Shown one piece after another: positions 42,734 to 52,903 of a stretch of 64,000 bases of DNA. Both the position numbers and the translations under genes were made by a program. Positions within the stretch are counted from its first letter, which is position 1; every line of letters begins with the position of its first letter. Origin of the DNA: Terriglobia bacterium (GTDB taxonomy: Bacteria; Acidobacteriota; Terriglobia; 20CM-2-55-15); assembly GCA_965198225.1 (NCBI GenBank), contig CBDAOY010000005.1:1-64000 (forward strand), in the 5' to 3' direction. A model generated the notes under the pieces. That model saw only the letters and a list, made by a program, of their open reading frames with translations. It ran no database searches and had not been told where the DNA came from.

Positions 42734-44308
42734 TTGGCGAGGCGTAAAGACAGAAGCAGCCGTCGGAGAAAATCGAGATTCGACCGCGCGATGGTCGACA
42801 GCACCGACCTCTTAAGCGAAGTCATCGCGGACATCGAATTCCCGATCCCCGCCGACGATTTTACGGTCTACGAGCTGGCACGGCTGACCGCGGATTACGA
42901 AACACCGCTGTTCAAGGACGAAGAATTCCGCCTTCTTCTCGAACAGGGCATTCGTCTCCACGTGGATTCCAGCGTCGAACTCCGGGCCCGGTTGGTAGAA
43001 CGACTGCGCGACGCAACCCCGGAAATGGATGCCGCAGCACGCAAGATCACGCTCGACGTGATCAGTGGCGTCGAAGATATCGAATTTCCCTTGTACAGGA
43101 TCGGAGCGGTCGTCAGCAGCTACACCAACCAACTGTTCCAGAAGCTGGAGGGCATGCCGGACTCGTCGGAGGCGGAAGACGAGGCCCGACGTCTGCTCGA
43201 AGAGTGGCGGGGCGGGAGGCTCGGACGCCAGACGATGATGGAAGAGCTGCGCGAAATTGGTCCCGGGGCAGTGGCGCCGGCAGCCGACCTGCTTTTCGAG
43301 TCGCCGGACGATCGAGCCGTTGCCGACGCCGCCCTGGAGCTCCTGTCGACACTGGAATCGAACACCTCGGCAAGGATACTGGCCTACCTGGTGTCGGAAC
43401 CCGTCCTCGAAGAGGAACAGGAAGAACGAGCCCAGCAGACGCTCGCCGAAATCTGGCCGACTCCCCTGCCCTACATTCTCTACAACCTCAAGAAGCACTC
43501 GCACGAGGACCTCCCATACCGCTGGTTCGAGCTGCTGGTCGCAACCGGATACACCAGGGCGGCTGACCGGATCCTGGAAGAGGTGGCCGTCCATTCCGGC
43601 CTCGAGCGCTTCAGGGAGGACCTCCTCTCGATTCTCTCGCTGCTGGAGGCCTCGAAAGATCCGGGCGTCGTCGGCAAGATCCTGCGGCTGATGACGGATG
43701 CGCGTACGACGGAACCTACTGTTCTGATCCTCGAAAACTGGCTGGAGGAGTCCTCGATGGCGGAAGAGGTCGAAGCCGGAATGGACCGGTGGAACGACGG
43801 GCGTTCCATCCTTGTCGCTCGTGACGAGGACTTCAATGCGTTGGTGTCTCGACAGCCTGAGCGCGGCTTCGATGAGTTGAGGCGGGATTGGAACGACGCG
43901 TTCCATGAGTCGCTCGGCTGGCAGCGGAGAAAGCAGTTTAAACGGGGCGCGCTCGAAGCCGAATTCGAGGAGCAGCTACAGGAAACGATGATGCGAGAAC
44001 TATCTCTCAATCCCAGGCACGACGAAGCCGAGTTGCAGGCGCAAATCGAGTCCTTCAGGGAAGACTGGCTGATGAGGCCGCGAGATGGGGTGATCCCGCT
44101 GGTCGCGATTTACCTGGAACGGCCGCGCGAGAACCCCTGGTTGGAGGAAATCTACTGGTGTGAGATCAACGGCTGGTATGCGAAGGCCGCTCAGTTCTTC
44201 GACCAGGGTATCCGCAGCAAAGCCCGCCAATACCTGGATATCGTCCTGCAGATCGAGTCAGAGTACCCGCTTGCACGAACGCTGGACAAGGCGCTTGGCC
44301 ACGAGTGA
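42734..44308 (+). CDS. Hypothetical alpha-helical (HEAT-like) protein, 524 aa
   Basis: Long acidic, Leu-rich ORF co-oriented with the RNB gene. Confidence 0.75.
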   Translation: MARRKDRSSRRRKSRFDRAMVDSTDLLSEVIADIEFPIPADDFTVYELARLTADYETPLFKDEEFRLLLEQGIRLHVDSSVELRARLVERLRDATPEMDAAARKITLDVISGVEDIEFPLYRIGAVVSSYTNQLFQKLEGMPDSSEAEDEARRLLEEWRGGRLGRQTMMEELREIGPGAVAPAADLLFESPDDRAVADAALELLSTLESNTSARILAYLVSEPVLEEEQEERAQQTLAEIWPTPLPYILYNLKKHSHEDLPYRWFELLVATGYTRAADRILEEVAVHSGLERFREDLLSILSLLEASKDPGVVGKILRLMTDARTTEPTVLILENWLEESSMAEEVEAGMDRWNDGRSILVARDEDFNALVSRQPERGFDELRRDWNDAFHESLGWQRRKQFKRGALEAEFEEQLQETMMRELSLNPRHDEAELQAQIESFREDWLMRPRDGVIPLVAIYLERPRENPWLEEIYWCEINGWYAKAAQFFDQGIRSKARQYLDIVLQIESEYPLARTLDKALGHE

Positions 44309-44575
44309 CCTGTAACAGTGCTATCGGTACCAGCGTTCGGCCCAACGGCGTCGGATTCTAGGAGTGACGCCCGAGCCAATGCTGTTTCATTGCGAGGGCG
44401 TTACGACACCGAAAACGGCGCCGTTGGGCCGAACCCTTCGGGCCGATGGGGGTTGCGGGCGATCTCTTTGTCGGAAGCCGTCACCGATGAAAGAGCATCG
44501 CTTTCCGTCTCCCTCCTCGACCTTGCCCGCAAGACCCATCGGCGATGGTGCCGATACCACTGTTACAGGCCACTA
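44304..44575. repeat. About 270-bp structured MITE-like repeat, copy 5
   Basis: AGTGACCTGTAACAGTGCTATCGG / CCGATACCACTGTTACAGGCCACT; internal GATTCTAGGAG. Confidence 0.85.
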
Positions 44576-44585
44576 TAGCGGGCCG

Positions 44586-44726
44586 TCAGAAGTCGCTGCA
44601 GGATTTGAAGTACCCGCATCTCGGGCAGTTCAGCTTGCACCGGTCCTGATCCATCTCCGCGTCGCAATTCGGGCAGGTCCGTTCGATCGCCTCCTGGTCG
44701 GGAACGGCCCCATGGTCTGTTTCCAT
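44586..44726 (-). CDS. 46-aa zinc-finger microprotein
   Basis: METDHGAVPDQEAIERTCPNCDAEMDQDRCKLNCPRCGYFKSCSDF; GGAGGG RBS. Not in the ORF track. Confidence 0.8.
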   Translation of the reverse strand: METDHGAVPDQEAIERTCPNCDAEMDQDRCKLNCPRCGYFKSCSDF

Positions 44727-44727
44727 C

Positions 44728-45609
44728 TTAACCCTCCACTAGCGTCGGGGGCCGGTCGGCGGCGGACAGGACCACTCCGCTAAAGATCAGCACACCTGAA
44801 AGCGCCATCGTCCACGTCAGGGTCTCGCCGAGGATCGGAACGGCCAGGAAAGCCACCATTACCGGCTGCAGGCAGATGTACACCGCGACGAGGGTCGAGG
44901 ATGCCTTCTTCAGTACGAATCCGGTGAGAAAATAAGCGAGGATACTTGTGAAAACGACCAGGAACGCGATCGATGCCCAGGTCAGCGCGCTCAACGAAAG
45001 AAAGCTGGTCCGGGCGACATCCCCCCATGCGAACGGCAGCATCACCACGGACCCGAAGGTAAAAACCCATGTCACCACCGTCAAGGGATGGTAGCGGGAC
45101 ATGATGTTGCGGGCCAGGACGAGGTAGAGGGAGTAGGCGAACGCGGCGCTGAGCAGCAACACATTACCCACGCCGTAGGTAGAATCGAAGGAAATCGAAC
45201 CTGGACCGGCCAGGACGAACACTCCGGCGAAAGCGAGGACGACGCCGAGAGTTTTCCCCACACTCGTTGCTTCGCGACCCAGCAGGAGAGCGATCACAAA
45301 AGTAAAGACAGGAATCATTCCGATCAGAATCGTCGCGTTGATCGCCGTCGTCAACGAAAGGCCGTGCAGGTAACACAGCTGGTTGACGCTGGCGCCGAAA
45401 ACGCTGAATATCGCCAGCCGGCCGTAGTCGGATAGCTCCACTCGATCGGGCGAGGCCACGAAGAACCATACCAGCAGGATGAAGGCGGCGAGCGCGAGCC
45501 GGACCCAGGCGAGCGACCATGGCGAGATTTGTCGGAAAGCTATTATTGAAACAACCGGGGACACGGCAAAGATCACCTGAACGGCTAGAAGATAAAGATG
45601 CGTCGCCAT
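44728..45609 (-). CDS. DMT/EamA family transporter
   Basis: About 10 TM helices, two EamA repeats (LLGRE, ILGE). Confidence 0.92.
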   Translation of the reverse strand: MATHLYLLAVQVIFAVSPVVSIIAFRQISPWSLAWVRLALAAFILLVWFFVASPDRVELSDYGRLAIFSVFGASVNQLCYLHGLSLTTAINATILIGMIPVFTFVIALLLGREATSVGKTLGVVLAFAGVFVLAGPGSISFDSTYGVGNVLLLSAAFAYSLYLVLARNIMSRYHPLTVVTWVFTFGSVVMLPFAWGDVARTSFLSLSALTWASIAFLVVFTSILAYFLTGFVLKKASSTLVAVYICLQPVMVAFLAVPILGETLTWTMALSGVLIFSGVVLSAADRPPTLVEG

Positions 45610-45723
45610 TGGATACCGGATGACTGCCGCCTGGGAAACAGAGCGAGGTAGTGCAACGCGGCCTTTGACCGCACAAAAAAAGGCGCTCGTGGAGCGCCCT
45701 CGCCGACGAAAGTCTTCTCGCCC

Positions 45724-46356
45724 CTACAAGTATTTGTCGTCCTGCTGCTGATCATCCGGCTGTTCCTTCCCAAAGTACTCGGCCAGATGACCCAGGATTG
45801 CTGCAGCGTCTGCAGGGCGGCCTTCAAAGGTTGTGATGCAACGCGATCTTCTCCACCCCTTGCCGTGTTTGACACCAATAATGATGTACTGATCGAAGAA
45901 TCCGGTGTCTTTCAGAAAACGAACTGCCGATTCGGGTGTGAATTCATTCGTTCGGAATTCGCAGACGCTGACAAGGTCCCTCAATCGTTCCGTCTGTTCG
46001 GGCTCGAACGTTTCCATGAAAGGCTCCAGCCCGTGAACTTCGCATTTTGCCGGAGCCTGGCCGTCTGCCGACAGAGCCTCCAGCTGCGCGCGCACAAACT
46101 CACCGAGAGCACAGTCGACGAATCCTTCGATGACAGGGCCGGTTCTCGGATGCGACAACGAGAAGACGCCATCTCGCGGGATCACCTTTCCAGCGTCATC
46201 GACCGACGCGAGAAGCGCGGCTTCCTCCAGCGTCGGAAACTGAAAGGTAATCGGCCGGATGGTGGTTCGGCGGTTACGAACGCCAGCGTCAAAAACTGTG
46301 TTTCGGATACGGAACCGTAACTCGACCATCAGCTGCCTCCCATGATATTCCTCCAT
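45724..46356 (-). CDS. Hypothetical protein (210 aa)
   Basis: Protein-like ORF; no recognised motif. Confidence 0.65.
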   Translation of the reverse strand: MEEYHGRQLMVELRFRIRNTVFDAGVRNRRTTIRPITFQFPTLEEAALLASVDDAGKVIPRDGVFSLSHPRTGPVIEGFVDCALGEFVRAQLEALSADGQAPAKCEVHGLEPFMETFEPEQTERLRDLVSVCEFRTNEFTPESAVRFLKDTGFFDQYIIIGVKHGKGWRRSRCITTFEGRPADAAAILGHLAEYFGKEQPDDQQQDDKYL

Positions 46357-46486
46357 TTATGCTGGAGAGAGAGGACAAGAGTGGTCCCACACATCGATTG
46401 TCCCCCAACGGGTTTGAATCGCGCGTGGACACATTTCGCCTGAGCAGCCCGTTTGTTAAGATCTTCGATGTCGATGGGCTGCTGAC

Positions 46487-46708
46487 ATGAAGACCTTCAC
46501 CGATAGGGAGCGCCTGCTGATTCAGAAGCTCAGGAACCTCTCGCCGCAGGCGACGCTGCACCTGAGGGAGCCTTGCCCGAGTCATTCCTTCTGTGTACCT
46601 CTTCCGCTATTCAGTTTGTATCGCGTGGACGAAGAAACTTTCGAGGCCGAGTGGAACGACCATCATCGGAGTGGGCCTACGCAAATTTTTCGCTTTTCGG
46701 AAATTTGA
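46487..46708 (+). CDS. Hypothetical protein (73 aa)
   Basis: Short ORF divergent from 45724-46356. Confidence 0.45.
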   Translation: MKTFTDRERLLIQKLRNLSPQATLHLREPCPSHSFCVPLPLFSLYRVDEETFEAEWNDHHRSGPTQIFRFSEI

Positions 46709-46717
46709 GGAATGAAA

Positions 46718-47084
46718 TGTAGGTGCGGTCTATGACCGCACACTGTTCGAACAGAAACATGTGCGCTCATAGAGCGCACCTACACCCCCTCCGAGAGTCT
46801 CGCTTGACCCCGGCACCGAGACCTCTTCGGGGACTTGAACGCTGCGCCTATTGATTCGAACAGGCTCGTCTCGTACAGAGGGGTTCCCTGCAGATGTTTT
46901 GGACACCAATGGTCTATGACTGCACACTGTTCTGGCCAAGGATGGCGTGGGGGGACCGGACCAACTGTCTTTCTCTGTGAACCCACGCACGGCAATTCGG
47001 TCAGTGAACGTTCAGTCTTTCGTCGTGAGGGGGACGGTGGGCCCGACGCTAATAGATGGTTCCGCTCATAGAGCGCACCTACAC
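46718..47084. repeat. GTAG-type REP doublet, copy 6 (46718-46785), plus degenerate arms at 46911-46932 and 47063-47084
   Basis: TGTAGGTGCGGTCTATGACCGCAC...GTGCGCTCATAGAGCGCACCTACAC. Confidence 0.8.
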
Positions 47085-47085
47085 T

Positions 47086-47949
47086 TCACCGCACCAGGTA
47101 GCCGTCGCGGGCACGGATCTTCAAATCTCTACCGGGAACCTCGACACGGATCGAGTGGTAACCGCTTTCGGCGGGGGCGTGGTATCCAAGATAGTATTGG
47201 TTGCGTAGCTCGCGACGGATTCCGCTCAGTGCCTCCGCGACAGCATCGTCCTTTCCGATGTGCGTGACGCTGCCGCCGGTCATCGACGCCAGACCCTGGA
47301 TCGTGTGCATGTCGATCAGGACACGGGGTCCGATGGCAATGAAATACAGCAACGCCATGCTGCTCTGGGCCTCGTCGACTACCACACCGTAGCCGTACTC
47401 GCTCCGGTTGTCGTTACCGTCGGAAATGACGATCAGCGCCTTGCGTTGGTGGCTGCCGGTGCGCACCTTACCGATTCCCTTATAGAGCGCGTCGTAAAGA
47501 ACGGACGTCCCCCACGAACGTAGACCGTCGAGCCGTGCCGACAACGCTTCCCTTTCATGCCGGAAGTCATGGATGACATCCGCCTCGATCGCAAACGACA
47601 TCACGAACGTTTCATCGTCCGCCCTCAGACCGCCCACAAACTCCTCGACACCGAGCTTCACCGAGCTCAGAACGTCGGCGGAGCTCCCGCTGTTGTCGAT
47701 CAGAACGCCCACGCTGGTATCGACTTCATCCTGCTTCTCAAAAACCTCGATCGGTTGCTGTCGATCGTCGACGAGCAGAACGAAATTCCCCCTGTCGAGA
47801 TCCGTAACGAAATTACCCGCATCATCCTGCGCGGTAACGAACACGCTGACAAGGTTGACATCGACCTTCAGCGTCTGCTGTAGAGGCAGTAGCAGGGGGA
47901 GCAGTGCCAGAACGGACAGTCGACGTGCAGAGCTCGCCATGCGGTTCAA
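47086..47949 (-). CDS. VWA-domain protein (Acidobacterial type)
   Basis: VDVNLVSVFVT, DNSGS (MIDAS), TSVLYDA, ISDGNDN, ELRNQYYLGY. Confidence 0.92.
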   Translation of the reverse strand: MNRMASSARRLSVLALLPLLLPLQQTLKVDVNLVSVFVTAQDDAGNFVTDLDRGNFVLLVDDRQQPIEVFEKQDEVDTSVGVLIDNSGSSADVLSSVKLGVEEFVGGLRADDETFVMSFAIEADVIHDFRHEREALSARLDGLRSWGTSVLYDALYKGIGKVRTGSHQRKALIVISDGNDNRSEYGYGVVVDEAQSSMALLYFIAIGPRVLIDMHTIQGLASMTGGSVTHIGKDDAVAEALSGIRRELRNQYYLGYHAPAESGYHSIRVEVPGRDLKIRARDGYLVR

Positions 47950-50900
47950 TAAGCCTCCACACTCCGGAGAGTCCTGTAAATCGTCGTATCGGTCGGGAAA
48001 ATTCGGGCGCCTTTCAGCAACACTCGTTCCGCGTCATCCCAACGCTCGTCGGCTATGTACAGATTCGCCAGGCGGGTGTAGATCGCGACGTCGCGATCCA
48101 ATGCATAGACGGTCAGGATTTCCAGATGATCGATCGCCTGAGGAGTGTCGCCCTGCCCCTCCAACACCTCCGCCAGACGTATCCGCGCCAGGTAGGAATA
48201 AGGTTCTAGATCCAGAGCGGTGTGCAGGGCTTCGAGAGCCTCATCGTAGCGTTCCGCGGCGACGAGGTACTCGCCGAGCAACGCCCAATAGAAGGCAATC
48301 GGATTGGGTGAAGTCTGGATGTACTGTTCCATCCACATCACCGCTTGATCCCACTGTCTGGACAAGGCACTCAGCTCGGCAAGCTTGCGGAAGGATTCGA
48401 AGCGCGTCGGATCAGCCGATATGATTTGAGTGTGATGCCGCACGGCCTCGGAACGGTCCCCGGTCCTCTCCCGAAGCAGCGCCCACAACTCCTCCCGCTC
48501 GATCGCGAAACGGTCGGGATCGAGCGCCAGCTCTTCGGCCTGTCTCAGCGCGTCTTCGGCGTCGTCATACTGCGAGGAGTCGATATTCAGCCGCGCCATG
48601 GCGATGTAAAGGCTGGCTTCGACTTGACGTTCCAGCAGGGCGAGCTCACGAACAGCCTGTCCGGCGAACAGAGACTCCCCCATCTCGATCAGGGGCTTCA
48701 TGACTGCAACGTACGCGCGTTCGCGGACCTCCTCGGGTAACTCCGGGGGGAAGAGGTCGGACTTGTAATCCTGGAGCAGCTCCATGTTCAGATCCCACGT
48801 CTGAGAGAACAGGTTGCGCGGCGCGTGAAACTCGAGCAATGGATGATCGTCGGTGTTGCGCAGCGCCCCGGCTGAGAATCCCCGGACCTGAGCTGATGAC
48901 ATGACGTAGTGCGCATAGAGTCCCATCGGGTCGTCCAGCGCCAGGTGCTCGCGGAAGTCTCTCCGCACGGTCTCGTCCGAAGCCAGAAGACGATCCATCC
49001 GATCCGCATCGATGTGTAACGGCTGGCGACTCCCGAGCAGCACGATGTCTCCAACACCCATGTCCCACACCGACACCTCCGGAAACTGGCGCTGGAACTC
49101 CGCGAGGACCATACGGACATCGTCGGGTGAAAGCTCGTAGAGCTGAAGCCATTGAGCAAACACGCCGTCCGGATTGAGGGCAGATGCCGCCCGTTCGTAG
49201 AATTCCGCGGTAAAGAGACTGCCGACTCCGGCTATCCAGGGATTGGACGGCTCCGAAATGATTATGTCGTACGTGTTCTGGCTGATGTTGAGGTAGTTGC
49301 GGGCATCCCCGTAGATGATGTCGACCTTCGGATGGTCATAGCTCCTCCGGTTGACCTCATCAAACCAGTGACCGGCGCCGACCACTGCGGGCTCGATCTC
49401 GACACACTCGACACGCTGCACCTGCGGAAAAACCGTGGCGGCCCCTGCACTGACTCCACTGCCGTAGCCGACGACAAGGATGTTTTCCGGGGAGGGATGA
49501 TGAAGCCCCGGAAGGTAGGCCAACAGCAACTGCGTCGTCATGTCTTCTCCATTCGAGGCATCCACCTTCCCGTTGGTTCGCAGGCCGACGTAGTTGTTTC
49601 CTCGACGGACAGAAATACTGGCGTTGTTGCCCTCAGCCCAATAGACGATGTCGGTGTCGGTGTAGTGCTCGTCGATCTTGAGCTCTGGACGTGACTCGAA
49701 CTGCCTGGCATAGATCAGGACACCCCGGTCCAGGGAGTTCGGGCTCCAGAAGAGCCCGCCGCTCATCGACACCGTCGCGACGAGCAGAAGGCCGACGGCA
49801 ACCCACCGCGCAACCGCGCCCCTCCCCTTCTCTTCCGCCAGCAGAAGGAGCGCTATCGCGGAGTTCAGGAACAGTCCGAAAAGGATCGTCCGCTCGGTGC
49901 CGATGACCGGGACCAGGATGAAGCCCGCCAGGAGGGAACCGAAGATCGCTCCGACAGTGTTGATGGAATACACGCCGCCGATCCGGCGGCCCAGAAACTC
50001 CATCCGGTTGGAAAAGAGCTGGCCCGCGATCGGAAACGTCGCTCCCATGAAGAAGGTTGCCAGGATCATGAGTGCCGAACACACGATGAACTGGACCGTA
50101 AGGATGGCGGGGAACGAATAATACAGCGCCCGGATCAGGGCGACCAGCAGGTAAGGTGCAACGAGATAGCCCAGGAGAAACACGACGCCGCCGATAGCTA
50201 TGGCCAGCTGAAAGAACCCGAGCAGTCGAATGCTGGCGCTGGGGCGAAAACGGCTTGCCCACGAACTCCCGACAGCAATGCCGACAAGGAAGGTCACCAG
50301 CATGATCGCGAACGCGTAGGTCGAACTGCCGATCACGGCGCTCAGCGCCCGGGTCCAGGCCACCTCGTAGATCATCGCAGCGAACCCGGAGATCGCCAGC
50401 GTCAACAGGAGGAGCCGATCCGAGGCCCGGTCCACGACGGTCTCGCCCGGTTCATCGAGGGACACATCGTAGACTTCGGTCCCAGACTTCTGACCGAGAT
50501 CCAAACGGATCGCAACCAGGCCGATCGTGACGTTCATCGAGGCGATCCAGATCGTGGTGGTCTGATTGCCGAGACCCGGGATCAGAACCAGAGCCGCGAG
50601 GAGCGTTCCCGCCGCTGCGCCGAACGTATTCAGGGCGTACAGCGTCCCGAGCTTCGACTCCACCTCATTGACCTGCCTGACGAAAAAGCGGGCCAGGATC
50701 GGCAGCGTTCCACCCATCAGAAACGTCGGGACTAGCATGATGACGAACGAGGTTGTAAACCGGACCAGCCCTTCGGCTCCCGGAACCGCCGACAGGCTGG
50801 GCACCAGACCCCAGTAGAGGGTGTCCATGCCCCGAAAAGCAGCCGGGACCAGGGCCGCCGAAATCCCGATCCCTATCTCGAGGACCCCGTAGAGCCGGAG

Positions 50901-51098
50901 CGGTCGGGCATTCCTGTCCGAATAGGAACCGAGCACCCAACTTCCCAGCGCAAGCCCTGCCATGAACGCCCCGAGCACCGTCGCGATCGAATGGGAGGTG
51001 TTGCCGAAGACCAGACCGGTCAACCGAACCCAGATGACTTCATAGACAAGTCCGGTGGCGCCCGATAGGAAGAAGATCAGGTAGAGGATTCGGGTCAT
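47946..51098 (-). CDS. Fused membrane domain/spermidine synthase with C-terminal TPRs
   Basis: SGATGLVYEVIW TM repeats, VGYGSGVS, VEIEPAV, DARNYL, SEPSNPW. Confidence 0.92.
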   Translation of the reverse strand: MTRILYLIFFLSGATGLVYEVIWVRLTGLVFGNTSHSIATVLGAFMAGLALGSWVLGSYSDRNARPLRLYGVLEIGIGISAALVPAAFRGMDTLYWGLVPSLSAVPGAEGLVRFTTSFVIMLVPTFLMGGTLPILARFFVRQVNEVESKLGTLYALNTFGAAAGTLLAALVLIPGLGNQTTTIWIASMNVTIGLVAIRLDLGQKSGTEVYDVSLDEPGETVVDRASDRLLLLTLAISGFAAMIYEVAWTRALSAVIGSSTYAFAIMLVTFLVGIAVGSSWASRFRPSASIRLLGFFQLAIAIGGVVFLLGYLVAPYLLVALIRALYYSFPAILTVQFIVCSALMILATFFMGATFPIAGQLFSNRMEFLGRRIGGVYSINTVGAIFGSLLAGFILVPVIGTERTILFGLFLNSAIALLLLAEEKGRGAVARWVAVGLLLVATVSMSGGLFWSPNSLDRGVLIYARQFESRPELKIDEHYTDTDIVYWAEGNNASISVRRGNNYVGLRTNGKVDASNGEDMTTQLLLAYLPGLHHPSPENILVVGYGSGVSAGAATVFPQVQRVECVEIEPAVVGAGHWFDEVNRRSYDHPKVDIIYGDARNYLNISQNTYDIIISEPSNPWIAGVGSLFTAEFYERAASALNPDGVFAQWLQLYELSPDDVRMVLAEFQRQFPEVSVWDMGVGDIVLLGSRQPLHIDADRMDRLLASDETVRRDFREHLALDDPMGLYAHYVMSSAQVRGFSAGALRNTDDHPLLEFHAPRNLFSQTWDLNMELLQDYKSDLFPPELPEEVRERAYVAVMKPLIEMGESLFAGQAVRELALLERQVEASLYIAMARLNIDSSQYDDAEDALRQAEELALDPDRFAIEREELWALLRERTGDRSEAVRHHTQIISADPTRFESFRKLAELSALSRQWDQAVMWMEQYIQTSPNPIAFYWALLGEYLVAAERYDEALEALHTALDLEPYSYLARIRLAEVLEGQGDTPQAIDHLEILTVYALDRDVAIYTRLANLYIADERWDDAERVLLKGARIFPTDTTIYRTLRSVEAY

Positions 51099-51100
51099 CA

Positions 51101-51373
51101 AGTGGCCTGTAACGGAGCTATCGGTACCAGCGTTGCGGCGGAACGGCACCGGATTCTAGGAGTCGACGACGAGGTAATGCTCCTACATTGCGAGGAGGAG
51201 CGACAACGAAGACGGTGCCGTTCCGCCGCAACCCTCCGGGCCGATGGGGGTTGCCGTCGATCTCTTTGTCGTTCGTCGTCTTGATGAAACCGCATCAACT
51301 CCTCCTCTCTCCTCGACCTCGACTGGCAAGACCCATCGGCGATGGTGCCGATAGCTCCGTTACAGGCCACTAG
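51101..51373. repeat. About 270-bp structured MITE-like repeat, copy 6
   Basis: AGTGGCCTGTAACGGAGCTATCGG / CCGATAGCTCCGTTACAGGCCACT. Confidence 0.85.
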
Positions 51374-51419
51374 GTCTCAGGTTAAAACAGGATCGGGCGA
51401 GTGTAATCGAAAATCGCGC

Positions 51420-52238
51420 TCAGACGGCAGGTTGGTCCAGCGAATCCGGATCGGCGTAGGCGCTTGTAGCAGGTTGCTGAGGAAGGCGTATCGCGAAGGT
51501 CGTGCCCGGGGGCACGCTGGCAACCGTGATCGCCCCTTTCAGATCCTCCACGACGATTCGACGTGTAATGTAGAGTCCCAGTCCCGTTCCCGAGTTCCCT
51601 TTCGTCGTGAAAAACGGTTCGAACACGCGATCGCAGTCCTCTTCGGGAATCCCCCTGCCGGTGTCGGAGATCTCAATGCGGACGGCATCGGACTCGGTGC
51701 CGGCGGTGACCTTGAGGTTCCGTTGGGGACAGTTCACCATCGCATCGGCGGCGTTCTGAAACAGGTTGATCAAAACCTGGACGAGGAGATTCCGGTCGAC
51801 CGAGACCGGTCGCATCTTCGGTTCATTGTCGAATTCGAAAGAAACCGTCCTCAGGCTCAAGTAAGGTCTGACGAAGCGGTACGCGTCGTCGACGATCTCG
51901 CTGATGTCACACCGCTCGACCCTGGACGACGGCTTTCGGCTGAAATCGAGCATCCGTGATGCCAGGCGCCCGATTCGATCGGACGCGTCATTGGCCGCCC
52001 TCAGGTTGTCACGCAAAGGGTGATCGCGGGGGATCTGCTCGTCGATCAGACGCAGATGACCCTGGATGAGCATCAGAGGATTCGAAACGTCGTGGGCGAA
52101 GCAGGCCGCAAGTTCACCGATCATGACAAGCCGGGAGAGATGGATGAGCCTTTCTGCCTCGCCCGCGTCATCGACTGCGGGTCCTACGGACGCGCCCTGG
52201 CCTGTGAGTCGATCCATCCACCAACTCGGATAGTTCAT
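51420..52238 (-). CDS. Histidine kinase lacking a sensor domain (HisKA + HATPase)
   Basis: AHDVSNPL, NLFQNAADA, DTGRGI, FEPFFTTK, GTGLGL; ATGA overlap with the sigma gene. Confidence 0.9.
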   Translation of the reverse strand: MNYPSWWMDRLTGQGASVGPAVDDAGEAERLIHLSRLVMIGELAACFAHDVSNPLMLIQGHLRLIDEQIPRDHPLRDNLRAANDASDRIGRLASRMLDFSRKPSSRVERCDISEIVDDAYRFVRPYLSLRTVSFEFDNEPKMRPVSVDRNLLVQVLINLFQNAADAMVNCPQRNLKVTAGTESDAVRIEISDTGRGIPEEDCDRVFEPFFTTKGNSGTGLGLYITRRIVVEDLKGAITVASVPPGTTFAIRLPQQPATSAYADPDSLDQPAV

Positions 52239-52903
52239 CTGCGAAGTTTCTTTCTCATCCTGTTCAGTACTGCCTCGATGCCCGACACGCTCAGGTCGAA
52301 ACCGGGAAACGCCGACAGCTCAGAAGCGGTAAAACCGTCCATGTAGTGCAGTTTGAATATCAGCAGATTGCGTGTGGCGTTCTTGCGATCTTCATCATTG
52401 TTGAGCACGCGTTCAACGTCGATCCAGGACAGGAGGGCCCCGACCGACTTCGCGTCCAGATCGGTGCCGTCGACACGGGCGTTCTCTATCATTTCCTTGG
52501 CATGGTCTATCGAAATCACTTGTGCCTGCCTTTTCTCGGCCATCTGATACCGAAAGTGATCGGACACAACACTCGCGGCGACCCGGGCCAGGAACGCTTT
52601 GACGGAAAACTCAGTCTGACCCCGGAACGATTGCAGCATCCGACCGTCGTTCTTAACAAGACGGACATACACTTCCTGTGCCAGATCGAGGATGACCTCC
52701 CTTAGCGCATCCTGTTGTCCCCTGGAAATGCGGCACGCACGGAGCAGGTATAGGAAGATCCGGCGTTGGAACCGCTTCTGGAACTCCTCCCACAGTTCCG
52801 GATCGGTCAGGCGATTACCGCATTCACGCAGGAGGTCCGGAGAAGCGACGTCATCGAGCTCCTTCGGACCCAGCTGTCGAACTACACTAGTCATCAGTGT
52901 CAC
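52235..52903 (-). CDS. ECF-type sigma-70 factor
   Basis: WEEFQKRF, DLAQEVYVRL, F..FLARVAASVVSDHFR (region 2); IFKLHYMDGFTASELS...LNRMRKKL (region 4). Confidence 0.88.
   Translation of the reverse strand: MTLMTSVVRQLGPKELDDVASPDLLRECGNRLTDPELWEEFQKRFQRRIFLYLLRACRISRGQQDALREVILDLAQEVYVRLVKNDGRMLQSFRGQTEFSVKAFLARVAASVVSDHFRYQMAEKRQAQVISIDHAKEMIENARVDGTDLDAKSVGALLSWIDVERVLNNDEDRKNATRNLLIFKLHYMDGFTASELSAFPGFDLSVSGIEAVLNRMRKKLRR

Noticed and set aside
677-51373. REP and 270-bp repeats as a CRISPR array
   Set aside because: They are dispersed and palindromic, not regularly spaced, and there are no cas genes.
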